Assembly (NCBI GenBank): GCA_037137575.1
Contig: JBAXKB010000005.1
Location: forward strand, 1-59,974
Direction: 5' to 3'
Source of the DNA: Actinomycetes bacterium
GTDB taxonomy: Bacteria > Actinomycetota > Actinomycetes > S36-B12 > UBA5976
Length of the DNA: 59,974 bases
In this document: positions 9,491 to 19,592 of the stretch, piece by piece
How positions within the stretch are numbered: the first letter of the stretch is position 1
How the letters are laid out: each line of letters opens with the position of its first letter
Position numbers and translations under genes: made by a program
The notes under the pieces: generated by a model
The model's input: the letters and a program-made list of their open reading frames with translations, nothing else
The model's database searches: none
What the model was told of the DNA's origin: nothing

Positions 9491-11485
9491 GTGTCCCAGA
9501 CTCTTCATCAAAATGATTCAGTTAAATCTGTTTTCCCAGAACTTGAACGACTATTACCGCATGTGCAAAAGCCTGTGCAATATGTGGGTGGTGAACTTAA
9601 CGCGGTTTCAAAACCTTGGAACGATGTAAAAGTGCGCTGGGCTCTTATGTACCCAGATGCGTACGAAGTTGGTATCCCCAATCAAGGTGTTCAGATCCTT
9701 TACGAAGTATTGAACGAGCGAGCCGACACTTTGTGCGAGCGCACTTATGCAGTGTGGCCTGATCTTGAAAAACTGATGCGTGAAAATAGCGTCTCCCAAT
9801 TCACTGTTGATGCACATCGCCCGGTCGGCGCCTTTGATGTATTCGGTGTTTCTTTTTCCACGGAACTTGGCTACACCAACATGCTTACTGCCATTGATTT
9901 AGCTGGCATTCCAGTGCACTCAGTTGAGCGTGACGAGACGCATCCGATCATCGTTGCCGGTGGCCACGCGGCTTTCAACCCTGAGCCGATTGCAAGTTTC
10001 ATTGATGCCGCAGTTTTGGGCGATGGCGAACAGGCGGCCCTTGCTATCACTGACATCATCGTAAAGTTCAAGGCCGATCGTGATGCTGGACTGCTTGCCG
10101 AGGTAAGCGATTTACGCGAAGAGTTGCTGCTTCGCCTTGCCACATCAGGTGTGGTTTACGTGCCGGCTTTTTACGATGTCCAGTATTTAGAAGATGGCCG
10201 AATCCGCCGAATAACGCCTAATCGTCCAGGCGTGCCATTTCGTGTTGCAAAACACACTGTGATGAACCTTGATGAATGGCCATATCCAAAAGCGCCACTA
10301 GTGCCAATCGCCGAGAGTGTGCACGAACGAATGAGCGTTGAAATTTTCCGTGGTTGCACGCGTGGCTGTCGTTTTTGTCAGGCTGGCATGATCACTAGAC
10401 CAGTTCGTGAACGTTCTAAAACCACAATCGCTGACATGGTGCAAAACGGTCTTGAAAAAACTGGCTATGAAGAAATCGGATTGCTCTCGTTATCAAGCGC
10501 CGACCATAGTGAAATCGCAGACATCGCAAAAGGTCTTGCAGATCGTTATGAAGATACTCAAACATCATTGTCGTTGCCAAGCACCCGAGTTGATGCATTC
10601 AACATTGACCTAGCTAATGAATTAACCCGCAATGGTCGTCGAAGTGGACTTACGTTCGCCCCTGAAGGCGGCAGCGAGCGCATTCGTCGGGTAATCAACA
10701 AAATGGTTTCGGAAGAAGATTTGATTCGCACAGTGACTGCGGCCTACAGCGCTGGTTGGCGCCAGGTGAAGCTTTACTTCATGTGTGGTCTACCCACTGA
10801 AACGGATGAAGATGTTTTACAGATTGCTCGGCTAGCGCATGAAGTAATTAAGGCCGGGCGTGAAGCTTCTGGGCGAAAAGATATCCGTTGCACAGTGTCT
10901 ATTGGCGGGTTCGTGCCAAAACCACACACGCCATTCCAGTGGGCAGCTCAACTAGATCACAAGACCACGGACTCTCGTTTATACAAATTGCGTGATGCAA
11001 TTCGCAATGATCGCGAATTTGGGAAGTCAATTGGTGTTCGTTACCACGACGGAAAGCCTGGCATTGTTGAAGGAATTCTCTCGCGTGGCGATCGTCGTAT
11101 TGGCCGAGTAATCGAGCAGGTTTGGCGCGATGGCGCCCGCTTTGATGGCTGGAGCGAACATTTCTCGTACGACATGTGGATGGCTGCAGCCGAAGTTGCC
11201 CTTGCCGATGAGCCAGTTGATGTCGATTGGTACACAATTCGCGAGCGCGAACTTTCTGAAGTTCTTCCCTGGGACCACTTAGATTCTGGCTTGGACAAAG
11301 AATGGCTTTGGGAAGACTGGCAAGATTCACTATCTGAAGTAGAGGTCGATGACTGCCGCTGGACTCCATGTTTCGACTGCGGCGTTTGTGATCATATGGG
11401 AACTGAAATTCAAGTGGGCCCAACAACTGGAATCTTGCTGCCATTGCCACAAGTTAAATCCGAGGTTTTAGTCAGTGGCTCGTGA
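9491..11485 (+). CDS. B12-binding-domain radical SAM protein (TIGR03960-like)
   Basis: CxxxCxxC cluster motif CTRGCRFCQAG, 664 aa, in the conserved actinobacterial position upstream of rne. Confidence 0.8.
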   Translation: MSQTLHQNDSVKSVFPELERLLPHVQKPVQYVGGELNAVSKPWNDVKVRWALMYPDAYEVGIPNQGVQILYEVLNERADTLCERTYAVWPDLEKLMRENSVSQFTVDAHRPVGAFDVFGVSFSTELGYTNMLTAIDLAGIPVHSVERDETHPIIVAGGHAAFNPEPIASFIDAAVLGDGEQAALAITDIIVKFKADRDAGLLAEVSDLREELLLRLATSGVVYVPAFYDVQYLEDGRIRRITPNRPGVPFRVAKHTVMNLDEWPYPKAPLVPIAESVHERMSVEIFRGCTRGCRFCQAGMITRPVRERSKTTIADMVQNGLEKTGYEEIGLLSLSSADHSEIADIAKGLADRYEDTQTSLSLPSTRVDAFNIDLANELTRNGRRSGLTFAPEGGSERIRRVINKMVSEEDLIRTVTAAYSAGWRQVKLYFMCGLPTETDEDVLQIARLAHEVIKAGREASGRKDIRCTVSIGGFVPKPHTPFQWAAQLDHKTTDSRLYKLRDAIRNDREFGKSIGVRYHDGKPGIVEGILSRGDRRIGRVIEQVWRDGARFDGWSEHFSYDMWMAAAEVALADEPVDVDWYTIRERELSEVLPWDHLDSGLDKEWLWEDWQDSLSEVEVDDCRWTPCFDCGVCDHMGTEIQVGPTTGILLPLPQVKSEVLVSGS

Positions 11486-12260
11486 CCCGGGCCGCGAAAT
11501 AGTTCCTGCTGTCCAAAAACTGCGCATTCAGCATGCCAAACGTGGCCGCTTAAGGTTTACCTCTCATCGGGATTTCCAGCGCGCATTTGAACGCGCCCTG
11601 CGCCGCGCTAACATTCCGATGGCCTACAGCGCCGGATTTTCCCCGCATCCAAAAATCTCGTATGCAAATGCGGCGGCAACTGGGGTAGCTAGCGAAGCCG
11701 AATATGTGGAAATTGGCGTAGTTCAAAAAGTAGATCCAGAGGCAGTGTGCCGAGTACTTAACGAAGTGCTCCCAGCAGGCTTTGATGTACTGGCAGTTGT
11801 TGAAGCTAGAACTGGTGATTTTGTCGCCAGATTGGAAGCGAGCCACTGGAACATCGAGTTGCCAGGGGTAACAGATGAGCAAATTACTCATGCCGTTACC
11901 AAATTCTTAAGTGAAACCGAAGTACTAGTTGAACGAAATACCAAAACTGGAATTCGCACCTTTGATGCTCGAGCCGCAGTTTTGCGCGTAGAAATCCAAA
12001 ATGAACAGACGCCACAACCCTTGGTAACTAACGATGAACCAGAATCAGGTCAAATCTGTGCCATACTTCAAGTAGTTGTACGGCATGGCGTGCCAGCTGT
12101 ACGACCAGACGATGTACTGGCAGCTCTAACTAAAGTTGCTGATCTTGCACTTCCGTATCCCGCACGGGTCACTCGGTTAGCGCAAGGTCCACTAAGTGCA
12201 GATGGCTGGTCAGTCACAGATCCACTGGATCTGGATCGGCAGACCGCATCCACTTCTTGA
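11475..12260 (+). CDS. radical-SAM-associated protein (TIGR03936 / DUF2344-like)
   Basis: 11-nt overlap with the radical SAM gene. Recognised by family context; function unknown. Confidence 0.65.
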   Translation: MARDPGREIVPAVQKLRIQHAKRGRLRFTSHRDFQRAFERALRRANIPMAYSAGFSPHPKISYANAAATGVASEAEYVEIGVVQKVDPEAVCRVLNEVLPAGFDVLAVVEARTGDFVARLEASHWNIELPGVTDEQITHAVTKFLSETEVLVERNTKTGIRTFDARAAVLRVEIQNEQTPQPLVTNDEPESGQICAILQVVVRHGVPAVRPDDVLAALTKVADLALPYPARVTRLAQGPLSADGWSVTDPLDLDRQTASTS

Positions 12261-12365
12261 GCCCGACATCGTGACACATAGGCTTTTGCGCCCTTAACGG
12301 GCGTGGGTGATCGCTCGCAAGCGTACCAATTGGTGCATTTGTGGGTTGAATAGGAGAACGACATT

Positions 12366-14618
12366 ATGTCGGACAATGAAACGCAGCCAGAGGTTTTTGG
12401 CATGCAAGTGAAGAAAACTCGCAATAAATCAGTGCCAAAAAAAGTGACAAAACCAACAGTCACAGCTGAGCCAGTTAATGAATCAGCCCCAGCGGCAAAG
12501 AAAGTGGCTAAGAAGAAGCCAGTTGATGCAGCCCCGGCAGTAGCAGAGGTAAGCGAGCCGAAGAAAGTTGCCCGCAAGGCACCTGTGTCGGTTCCACTTT
12601 TCCAGGCTCCTGCGGCTACCCCAGCTGCGCGCAAAACTGCTGCCAAGAAAACTGCAGATAAACCAGAGACGACTACAGATAAGCCAGTTAGAGCTACCGG
12701 ACGAAACAGCAAGGTCGCAACGGCCGATGCGCAGGTTGGCGAAGATACTGCGAAAAAGCGAGCGCCGAAAAAAGGCACAACTGATGACAGTGTTGATTCA
12801 TCAACAGATTCTGGCGAGGAATCATCTGGTAATTCGCGAAATCGAAATCGAAATCGCAATCGTAACAAGAGTCGCGATCGCGCGAGCTCGCAAACAGATT
12901 CTGATGACAATTCAGTTGAAGTCGAGAGCGATTCGCAGGATGGCGATGACACTGGTGCAAACCACAAACGCAGTCGTAAACGTAATCGTGATGGTTCTGG
13001 TGAAGAATCAGGTTCAATCCGGGTAGACGCGAAGCGTCAACGTCGCCGTGATGGCCGAGATGCTGGCCGTCGTCGCGCACCGATTGTTACTGAAGCTGAA
13101 TTTTTAGCTCGTCGCGAAAACGTTGATCGTGTCATGGTTGTTCGTCAACAGGGAAGCCGCACTCAGATTGCAGTTCTTGAAGATGGCATTCTTGTCGAGC
13201 ATTACATCAACCAATCGACTAGTGGTTCACTAGTCGGCAACGTGTATGTTGGCCGGGTACAAAACGTACTGCCAGGCATGGAAGCGGCATTCGTTGACAT
13301 TGGCAAGGGTCGTAACGCGGTTCTTTACGCTGGTGAAGTTAACTGGGATGCAGCTGGACTTGAAGGTCAGTCCAAGCGAATTGAATCTGCGCTTAAAACT
13401 GGCGATACCGTATTAGTTCAGGTCACAAAAGATCCTGTTGGTCAAAAAGGTGCCCGGCTAACGAGTCAGATTTCCTTGCCAGGGCGATTTGTGGTCTATG
13501 TCCCAAATCATCCGATGACTGGTATTTCGCGCAAACTTCCAGAGCGGGAGCGTACTCGCTTGAAGAATATCCTGCGTGAGGTTGTGCCAGAAACTGGTGG
13601 CGTAATTGTTCGCACTGCATCTGAAGGTGCAAGCGAAGAAGAACTATCACGCGATGTCGCCCGACTAGTTGCGCAATGGGAAGACATTGAAGCAAAGTCA
13701 AAGACTTCAACTCCGCCCACAATGTTGTACGGTGAGCCAGATATCTCTATCAAGGTTGTCCGTGACATCTTCAATGAAGATACGAACAAGCTCGTAGTTT
13801 CTGGTGAAGATGCTTGGGAGACTGTCGAGCAGTATGTGAAGTATGTAGCTCCAGATCTGGCAGAACGTTTAGAGAAGTATGTTGGAACTCAAGATGCATT
13901 CACGCATTACCGAGTAGATGAGCAGATTGCTAAAGCCCTTGATCGCAAGGTTTACCTACCATCCGGTGGCTCGCTAGTTATCGACCGCACCGAGGCTATG
14001 ACTGTTGTCGACGTCAACACTGGAAAGTTTGTCGGCCAAGGTGGCAACCTTGAAGAAACAGTTACCCAAAACAACCTAGAAGCTGCGCAAGAGATTGTCC
14101 GTCAACTTCGTTTGCGCGACATCGGCGGCATCATTGTTATCGACTTCATTGACATGGTGCTTGAAAGCAACCGTGATCAAGTAATTCGCCGACTAATCGA
14201 ATGTTTAGGCCGCGATCGCACCAAGCATCAGGTTGCAGAAGTTACTTCACTTGGTTTGGTGCAGATGACTCGCAAGCGAATTGGTGCTGGACTACTCGAA
14301 GTATTTGGTCAACAATGTGACCATTGCAACGGTCGTGGTATCACCATCCACATGGATGCCAACGCATCAGCTAAGAGCAATCGAGGCGAACAAGGTGGCA
14401 ATGAGCAGGCGCGTCCAGTGAAATCCCGGAAAGTGCAAAAATCTGAGCGCCCGGCGTTAGACACTCCAACCGAACTTTCAGGTGCAGTGGAAGTACCTGA
14501 AAAAGTTGAAGAAAATCAAGGAAAATCAAGAAATGACCGACCAAAACGGGGTCGTCGAAGTGCGAGTAGGCCAGCTGGTCAGCCCGTATTTGGCGCCGAG
14601 GTAGACCTCACAGTTTGA
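12366..14618 (+). CDS. rne: ribonuclease E/G family endoribonuclease
   Basis: AGGAG SD. An S1 domain (VGNVYVGRVQNVLPGMEAAFVDIG) and the catalytic core (DFIDM) follow an approximately 240-aa low-complexity N-terminus. A basic C-terminal tail is also present. Confidence 0.92.
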   Translation: MSDNETQPEVFGMQVKKTRNKSVPKKVTKPTVTAEPVNESAPAAKKVAKKKPVDAAPAVAEVSEPKKVARKAPVSVPLFQAPAATPAARKTAAKKTADKPETTTDKPVRATGRNSKVATADAQVGEDTAKKRAPKKGTTDDSVDSSTDSGEESSGNSRNRNRNRNRNKSRDRASSQTDSDDNSVEVESDSQDGDDTGANHKRSRKRNRDGSGEESGSIRVDAKRQRRRDGRDAGRRRAPIVTEAEFLARRENVDRVMVVRQQGSRTQIAVLEDGILVEHYINQSTSGSLVGNVYVGRVQNVLPGMEAAFVDIGKGRNAVLYAGEVNWDAAGLEGQSKRIESALKTGDTVLVQVTKDPVGQKGARLTSQISLPGRFVVYVPNHPMTGISRKLPERERTRLKNILREVVPETGGVIVRTASEGASEEELSRDVARLVAQWEDIEAKSKTSTPPTMLYGEPDISIKVVRDIFNEDTNKLVVSGEDAWETVEQYVKYVAPDLAERLEKYVGTQDAFTHYRVDEQIAKALDRKVYLPSGGSLVIDRTEAMTVVDVNTGKFVGQGGNLEETVTQNNLEAAQEIVRQLRLRDIGGIIVIDFIDMVLESNRDQVIRRLIECLGRDRTKHQVAEVTSLGLVQMTRKRIGAGLLEVFGQQCDHCNGRGITIHMDANASAKSNRGEQGGNEQARPVKSRKVQKSERPALDTPTELSGAVEVPEKVEENQGKSRNDRPKRGRRSASRPAGQPVFGAEVDLTV
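12837..12863 (+). repeat. in-frame hexanucleotide repeat (CGAAAT)x4.5 encoding (RN)n
   Basis: cga aat cga aat cga aat cgc aat cgt, read directly, in frame with rne. Confidence 0.9.
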
Positions 14619-14695
14619 CCTAACCCCCGCTTCATCCGTAACCTTATGGGGCTTACCTTTTAGGGATTTTTACCACTTTTGCAAGGAGTAACAAC

Positions 14696-15253
14696 GTGTA
14701 CGCGATCGTTCGATCTGGCGGACGCCAGGAGAAAGTCGCCGTTGGCGATGTCATCACCCTCGACCGGGTTGAGGCAAAGCCTGGCGATTCTGTAATTCTG
14801 CCTACCCTGTTAATTGTCGATGGCGACATTGTCACATCAGATAGCAAGACTCTTGCTGGCATAACTGTGACTGGTGAAGTTGTTTCTCATGGCAAGGGTC
14901 AGAAAATTGAAATCCTGCGCTACAAGAACAAGACTGGTTACCGTCGTCGTCAAGGTCATCGCTCGGCACTAACTGACATTCAGATTGTTGCTATTGGTAG
15001 CACCAAGCTTGCCGACAAGGACAAGCTTGCTGTTGCTCCAGTGAAGAAGAAGGTTGTGGCTAAAAAGGCTGCGCCTAAAGCTGCTGCTAAGCCTGTTGTT
15101 GCTGAAACCACTGAGGTCGCAGACGCACCAGTTGCAAAGAAGGCACCGGCAAAAAAAGCTCCTGCTAAAACAGCTGCATCAACAGACGATGCTCCTGTAG
15201 CAAAGAAGGCAGCTGCTAAGAAAGCAGCGCCTAAAGACAAGACGGAAGAGTAG
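14696..15253 (+). CDS. rplU: 50S ribosomal protein L21 with Ala/Lys/Pro-rich C-terminal extension
   Basis: AAGGAG SD plus GTG start. The L21 core ([11 protein letters not shown]...YRRRQGHR) covers about 100 aa, followed by an 85-aa AKKAxPK-repeat tail. Confidence 0.93.
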   Translation: MYAIVRSGGRQEKVAVGDVITLDRVEAKPGDSVILPTLLIVDGDIVTSDSKTLAGITVTGEVVSHGKGQKIEILRYKNKTGYRRRQGHRSALTDIQIVAIGSTKLADKDKLAVAPVKKKVVAKKAAPKAAAKPVVAETTEVADAPVAKKAPAKKAPAKTAASTDDAPVAKKAAAKKAAPKDKTEE

Positions 15254-15262
15254 GCATAACTC

Positions 15263-15517
15263 ATGGCACATAAAAAGGGTGCGTCCAGCACACGAAATGG
15301 TCGCGATTCAAATGCTCAGCGCCTTGGCGTTAAGCGTTTTGGTGGTCAGGTTGTTAGCGCAGGCGAAATTCTTGTTCGTCAGCGTGGCACACACTTCCAC
15401 CCAGGTCTAAACGTTGGCCGTGGTGGTGACGACACATTATTCGCATTGTCTGCAGGTTCAGTTCAATTCGGTACTCGTCGTGGTCGTCGTGTAGTCAACA
15501 TTGTTCCAGCGGGCTAA
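15263..15517 (+). CDS. rpmA: 50S ribosomal protein L27
   Basis: [16 protein letters not shown] start, 84 aa, directly after rplU. Confidence 0.96.
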   Translation: MAHKKGASSTRNGRDSNAQRLGVKRFGGQVVSAGEILVRQRGTHFHPGLNVGRGGDDTLFALSAGSVQFGTRRGRRVVNIVPAG

Positions 15518-15540
15518 TTCCGCAAACACAATTTTTACAA

Positions 15541-15576
15541 AGCGGGCCTGAAAACTTCGGGCCCGCTTTTATTTTT
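15541..15576 (+). terminator. intrinsic terminator after rplU-rpmA
   Basis: AGCGGGCC...GGCCCGCT 8-bp stem followed by TTTTATTTTT. Confidence 0.8.
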
Positions 15577-15587
15577 AGGAGGTGCAC

Positions 15588-17069
15588 ATGACAAGTTTCA
15601 TTGATCGTGTTGTCTTGCATGTGCGTGGTGGCAATGGCGGCAACGGTTGCGCCTCCGTTCATCGTGAGAAGTTCAAGCCACTCGGCGGCCCAGATGGTGG
15701 AAATGGCGGCAAAGGCGGCGATGTCACACTAGTTGTTGATACTTCTGTTACAACTTTGCTGGAATACCATCGCAGTCCACACCGCGCAGGTGGCAATGGT
15801 AAGCCAGGTCAGGGTGACCATAAAAATGGCAGCAATGGGCTGGCGTTAACCCTTTTGGTTCCCGAGGGAACCGTAGTGAGCCTCAGCGATGGCACAGTTA
15901 TTGCGGACTTAATCGGCGAAGGCACCGAGTTTGTAATCGCACCTGGTGGTCGAGGTGGTTTAGGTAACGCTGCCTTGGCATCTACTAGACGTAAAGCGCC
16001 AGGCTTTGCACTTTACGGTGAACCTGGCATCGAACGAGATGTAGTTCTGGAACTAAAAACCGTGGCCGACATCGGTTTGGTTGGATTTCCAAGTGCCGGA
16101 AAGTCTTCGCTGATCGCAGCGATGTCGGCAGCTCGGCCCAAAATCGCAGATTATCCATTCACCACTCTTGAGCCACATCTAGGCGTGGTGCAAGCCGGTG
16201 ATACCACATTTACTATGGCGGATGTTCCGGGTCTGATTCCAGGTGCCAGCCAAGGTAAAGGTTTGGGCTTGGAATTCTTACGGCACATCGAACGCTGCGC
16301 CGCCCTTGTGCATGTTCTCGATTGTGCCACTTTGGAATCAAATCGTGATCCACTGCGTGACTTAGATGCTTTAGAAAGTGAACTTGAACAATACGGTGGG
16401 CTACAAGATCGTCCCCGCATCGTTGTGCTGAATAAAGTCGATTTACCAGAAGGTCGCGACTTAGCCGAAATAGTTTTGCCAGATTTGCATGCCCGCGATT
16501 ATCGGGTGTTCCTCATTTCTGCTGTTAGCCATGAAGGGCTTCGCGAATTAGGTTTTGCGATGGCGCAAATTGTTCGTGACGCTCGTGCTGCTGCTGTGGT
16601 TGAAGCTTCGGCTCGTCCCCGAGTACTTGTGCGACCAAAGTCGGTTGATGATTCAGGCTTTACCGTTTCAGTTGAACGCAATGGTGAAGATGTTTTGTAC
16701 CGAATTATTGGTGAGCGGATCGAGCGATGGGTACGTCAAACAGATTTTGCTAATGATGAAGCGGTTGGATATTTAGCTGATCGGATGGCTCGTGCGGGAG
16801 TAGAACTTGCACTTGCTAAGAACGGAGCCGTCAACGGCAGCGAAGTTGTTATCGGCGCCGGTCCATCTGCAGTTATTTTTGACTGGCAGCCGACAGTTTC
16901 CGACTTACATCAGGGCCCTCGTGGTACTGACGAGCGTCTTGTCGACATGAGTCGCCCGAATGCTACGCAACGCCTAGAAGAACACCGCCGCCGTCAGTAT
17001 GGCGAAGCATATGCTGGCGGGGAGGAAGAAACCCCAGAAGTTCAAGGAAGCGAAGAAACTGATGCGTAA
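15588..17069 (+). CDS. obg: GTPase Obg
   Basis: Gly-rich Obg fold ([11 protein letters not shown]), G1 motif GFPSAGKSS, and a C-terminal OCT-like domain. The ATG at 15588 follows TAGGAGGTG; the ORF track opens at the GTG at 15582. Confidence 0.94.
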   Translation: MTSFIDRVVLHVRGGNGGNGCASVHREKFKPLGGPDGGNGGKGGDVTLVVDTSVTTLLEYHRSPHRAGGNGKPGQGDHKNGSNGLALTLLVPEGTVVSLSDGTVIADLIGEGTEFVIAPGGRGGLGNAALASTRRKAPGFALYGEPGIERDVVLELKTVADIGLVGFPSAGKSSLIAAMSAARPKIADYPFTTLEPHLGVVQAGDTTFTMADVPGLIPGASQGKGLGLEFLRHIERCAALVHVLDCATLESNRDPLRDLDALESELEQYGGLQDRPRIVVLNKVDLPEGRDLAEIVLPDLHARDYRVFLISAVSHEGLRELGFAMAQIVRDARAAAVVEASARPRVLVRPKSVDDSGFTVSVERNGEDVLYRIIGERIERWVRQTDFANDEAVGYLADRMARAGVELALAKNGAVNGSEVVIGAGPSAVIFDWQPTVSDLHQGPRGTDERLVDMSRPNATQRLEEHRRRQYGEAYAGGEEETPEVQGSEETDA

Positions 17070-18186
17070 TGACATTAAGAGTGCCAAGCGGATCGTCGTT
17101 AAAGTTGGCTCATCCTCACTAACCACTCGCCAGGGTGGATTGGATGAAGTGCGACTTAATGAACTGGTTCAAGTAATTGCTTCGCGAATACAATCTGGTG
17201 TTGAAATCGTGTTGGTTTCAAGTGGCGCGATTGCTGCCGGATTGGCCCCGTTAGGTCTGCAATCTCGTCCGGCGGATTTAGCAACGCAGCAAGCTGCCGC
17301 AAGTGTCGGACAGTCGCTGCTAGTAGCCCAATACTCATCTGCATTTTCAGAACACAAAATCACTGTGGGTCAGGTGCTATTAACTGCCTCCGATGTGATT
17401 CGCCGCGCGCAGTACCGAAATGCACAACGTGCTTTGCTGCGCTTACTTGAACTTGGTGTGCTTCCTATCGTTAATGAGAACGACACTGTTGCCACTGACG
17501 AAATCCGATTTGGTGATAATGATCGACTAGCGGCGCTAGTTGCACATGTCGTGCAGGCAGATGCCCTGTTTTTATTCTCTGATGTAGATGGACTTTATGA
17601 CGATGTGCCATCGAATGAGAATGCGAAAATAATCGACCGAGTGCAAGATTTTGCTGACATTGCCGGGGTAACAATCGGCGGCACTGGAGCAGCGGGTGTT
17701 GGTTTAGGTGGCATGGCTACCAAAGTCAATGCAGCGCAGATTGCCACTGCTGCTGGAATCCCAGTCGTGCTTACAGCAACAGCAAATGCCGAGCAGGCGC
17801 TAGCTGGCTCTGGCATTGGGACGTACTTTGCGCCGGCAACGCAGAGGTTATCGACCCGAGTTCTTTGGTTATTACATGCCACTACTTCGTTGGGATCATT
17901 AGTTCTAGATGCGGGGGCAGTAGATGCAGTGGTTAATCGCCGTATGTCACTGTTGCCAGCAGGTATTACCGCTATTGATGGAAACTTTGTTGCTGGCGAC
18001 GCTGTGGACTTGGTTGATGAGGCAGGTGCAATCTTGGCTCGGGGAATCGTTTCGTTTGATGCAACCGAACTGCCAGCACTCTTAGGGAAACGCACTGTCG
18101 ATATCTCCGTTGAATTTGGTGAAGGCTACGATCGCGAAGTAATACATCGCGACGACCTAGTTTTGATTGACCTTTCTGCCCAATAA
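17062..18186 (+). CDS. proB: glutamate 5-kinase
   Basis: [13 protein letters not shown]-terminus and a PUA-type C-terminus. The ATG at 17062 overlaps the obg stop by 8 nt. The ORF-track start at 16999 lies inside obg. Confidence 0.9.
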   Translation: MRNDIKSAKRIVVKVGSSSLTTRQGGLDEVRLNELVQVIASRIQSGVEIVLVSSGAIAAGLAPLGLQSRPADLATQQAAASVGQSLLVAQYSSAFSEHKITVGQVLLTASDVIRRAQYRNAQRALLRLLELGVLPIVNENDTVATDEIRFGDNDRLAALVAHVVQADALFLFSDVDGLYDDVPSNENAKIIDRVQDFADIAGVTIGGTGAAGVGLGGMATKVNAAQIATAAGIPVVLTATANAEQALAGSGIGTYFAPATQRLSTRVLWLLHATTSLGSLVLDAGAVDAVVNRRMSLLPAGITAIDGNFVAGDAVDLVDEAGAILARGIVSFDATELPALLGKRTVDISVEFGEGYDREVIHRDDLVLIDLSAQ

Positions 18187-18200
18187 GAGAGAATTGAATT

Positions 18201-19472
18201 ATGACTGACGATCGCCCAGAGGTATTAGCCGCTGCATTGCGCGCAAAAAACGCCGCTTCCGTATTACGTAATGTATCTACGGCTGCCAAAGACTCAGCAT
18301 TAATTGCGATGGCCAATGCGCTAGTACTTCATACCGATGTAATCGTTGCCGCAAATAGTAAAGATGTTGAAGTTGCTCGCACAAATGGCACCGACGAAGC
18401 AATCATTGATCGATTGACCCTTAACCGCGAGCGAATTGAAGCAGTGGCGCAGGGGCTTCGCGATGTAGCAACTCTTCCAGATCCTGTGGGTGAAGTTGTT
18501 CGTGGATTCACACTGCCGAACGGCCTCGAGGTGCGCCAGCTGCGCGTACCAATGGGCGTTGTCGCCATGATTTATGAAGCCAGGCCAAATGTCACGGTCG
18601 ATGCGGCGGGTTTGGCGCTCAAGAGTGGCAACTGCGTACTACTGCGTGGGTCATCTTCGGCGCACAACACAAATGTTGAGTTAGTTGCAGTAATGCGAAG
18701 CGCACTAGAAACCGGGCCAGTTCCTGTTGATGCCATTCAATTGGCACCAGGAACAACCCATGAAGCAGCAAAGCATTTAATGACAGCGCGTGGGTTAGTC
18801 GATGTGGTAATCCCACGCGGTGGCGCTGGCTTAATCAAAAGCGTTGTCGAGCAGTCCACAGTGCCAGTAATTGAAACTGGTGTTGGTAACTGCCACGTCT
18901 ACATCGATGAATCTGCTGATATTGAAAAAGCTGTGCGCATCGCGGTTAATGCCAAAACTCAGCGCACCACAGTGTGCAACACTGCCGAAACTTTATTGGT
19001 ACATGCTGCTATCGCCCCACAATTACTTCCTGTGCTACTTGCAGCATTCAAGGAAAAAGGGGTAACGATTCACGGCGACCAAGCTTTTGGCGAGTATTCT
19101 TTGGCGGCTGGTATCAATTTTGAAAGTGCAACAGATAAAGATTGGGCCGATGAGTACTACAGCCTAGATATTGCAGCCGCAGTCGTGCCAGATATTGACG
19201 CTGCGATTGCGCATATTCGCAAGTGGTCTACCGGACACACCGAGGCGATAGTTTCTGAATCTCAGTCAGCAATTAGGCAGTTCACAAGTTCAGTTGATTC
19301 AGCTGCAGTGATGGTAAATGCCTCAACCCGATTCACTGATGGTGGCGAGTTTGGCTTTGGCGCCGAAATTGGCATCTCAACCCAGAAACTCCACGCGCGC
19401 GGGCCAATGGGATTGCAGGAATTAACAACGACTACCTACATCGTCACTGGCGATGGACATATCCGTACATAG
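18201..19472 (+). CDS. proA: glutamate-5-semialdehyde dehydrogenase
   Basis: 423 aa, aldehyde-dehydrogenase fold with catalytic Cys context ([10 protein letters not shown]), located next to proB. Confidence 0.93.
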   Translation: MTDDRPEVLAAALRAKNAASVLRNVSTAAKDSALIAMANALVLHTDVIVAANSKDVEVARTNGTDEAIIDRLTLNRERIEAVAQGLRDVATLPDPVGEVVRGFTLPNGLEVRQLRVPMGVVAMIYEARPNVTVDAAGLALKSGNCVLLRGSSSAHNTNVELVAVMRSALETGPVPVDAIQLAPGTTHEAAKHLMTARGLVDVVIPRGGAGLIKSVVEQSTVPVIETGVGNCHVYIDESADIEKAVRIAVNAKTQRTTVCNTAETLLVHAAIAPQLLPVLLAAFKEKGVTIHGDQAFGEYSLAAGINFESATDKDWADEYYSLDIAAAVVPDIDAAIAHIRKWSTGHTEAIVSESQSAIRQFTSSVDSAAVMVNASTRFTDGGEFGFGAEIGISTQKLHARGPMGLQELTTTTYIVTGDGHIRT

Positions 19473-19481
19473 CAAGAGAAG

Positions 19482-19487
19482 TAGACT
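19482..19487 (+). promoter_or_regulatory. -10 TAGACT, leaderless geometry for the sORF/nadD operon
   Basis: TAGACT, then 6 nt, then ATG (19494). Confidence 0.4.
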
Positions 19488-19493
19488 GAAACT

Positions 19494-19589
19494 ATGAGTA
19501 GTTTTCCTTGGTGGGGTTTCGGCTTAGTCGGCTTTGGGATTTTGACCTTAGCCCTTTATGTCGTCACTCGTTTTAATCCAGATCGTTAA
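19494..19589 (+). CDS. candidate 31-aa single-helix membrane micropeptide
   Basis: Hand-translated as MSSFPWWGFGLVGFGILTLALYVVTRFNPDR*. It falls below the ORF-track cutoff. It has a leaderless promoter geometry, and its stop lies 3 nt before the SD-less nadD start. Confidence 0.4.
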   Translation: MSSFPWWGFGLVGFGILTLALYVVTRFNPDR

Positions 19590-19592
19590 GCT

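Noticed and set aside
12068-12967. 299-aa ORF antisense to the end of the radical-SAM partner gene, the rne leader and the rne 5' region
   Set aside because: It mirrors the low-complexity, repeat-rich rne coding sequence. Its product is itself low-complexity (S/A/F/R runs). It has no SD or promoter context, and the sense-strand genes are confidently identified.
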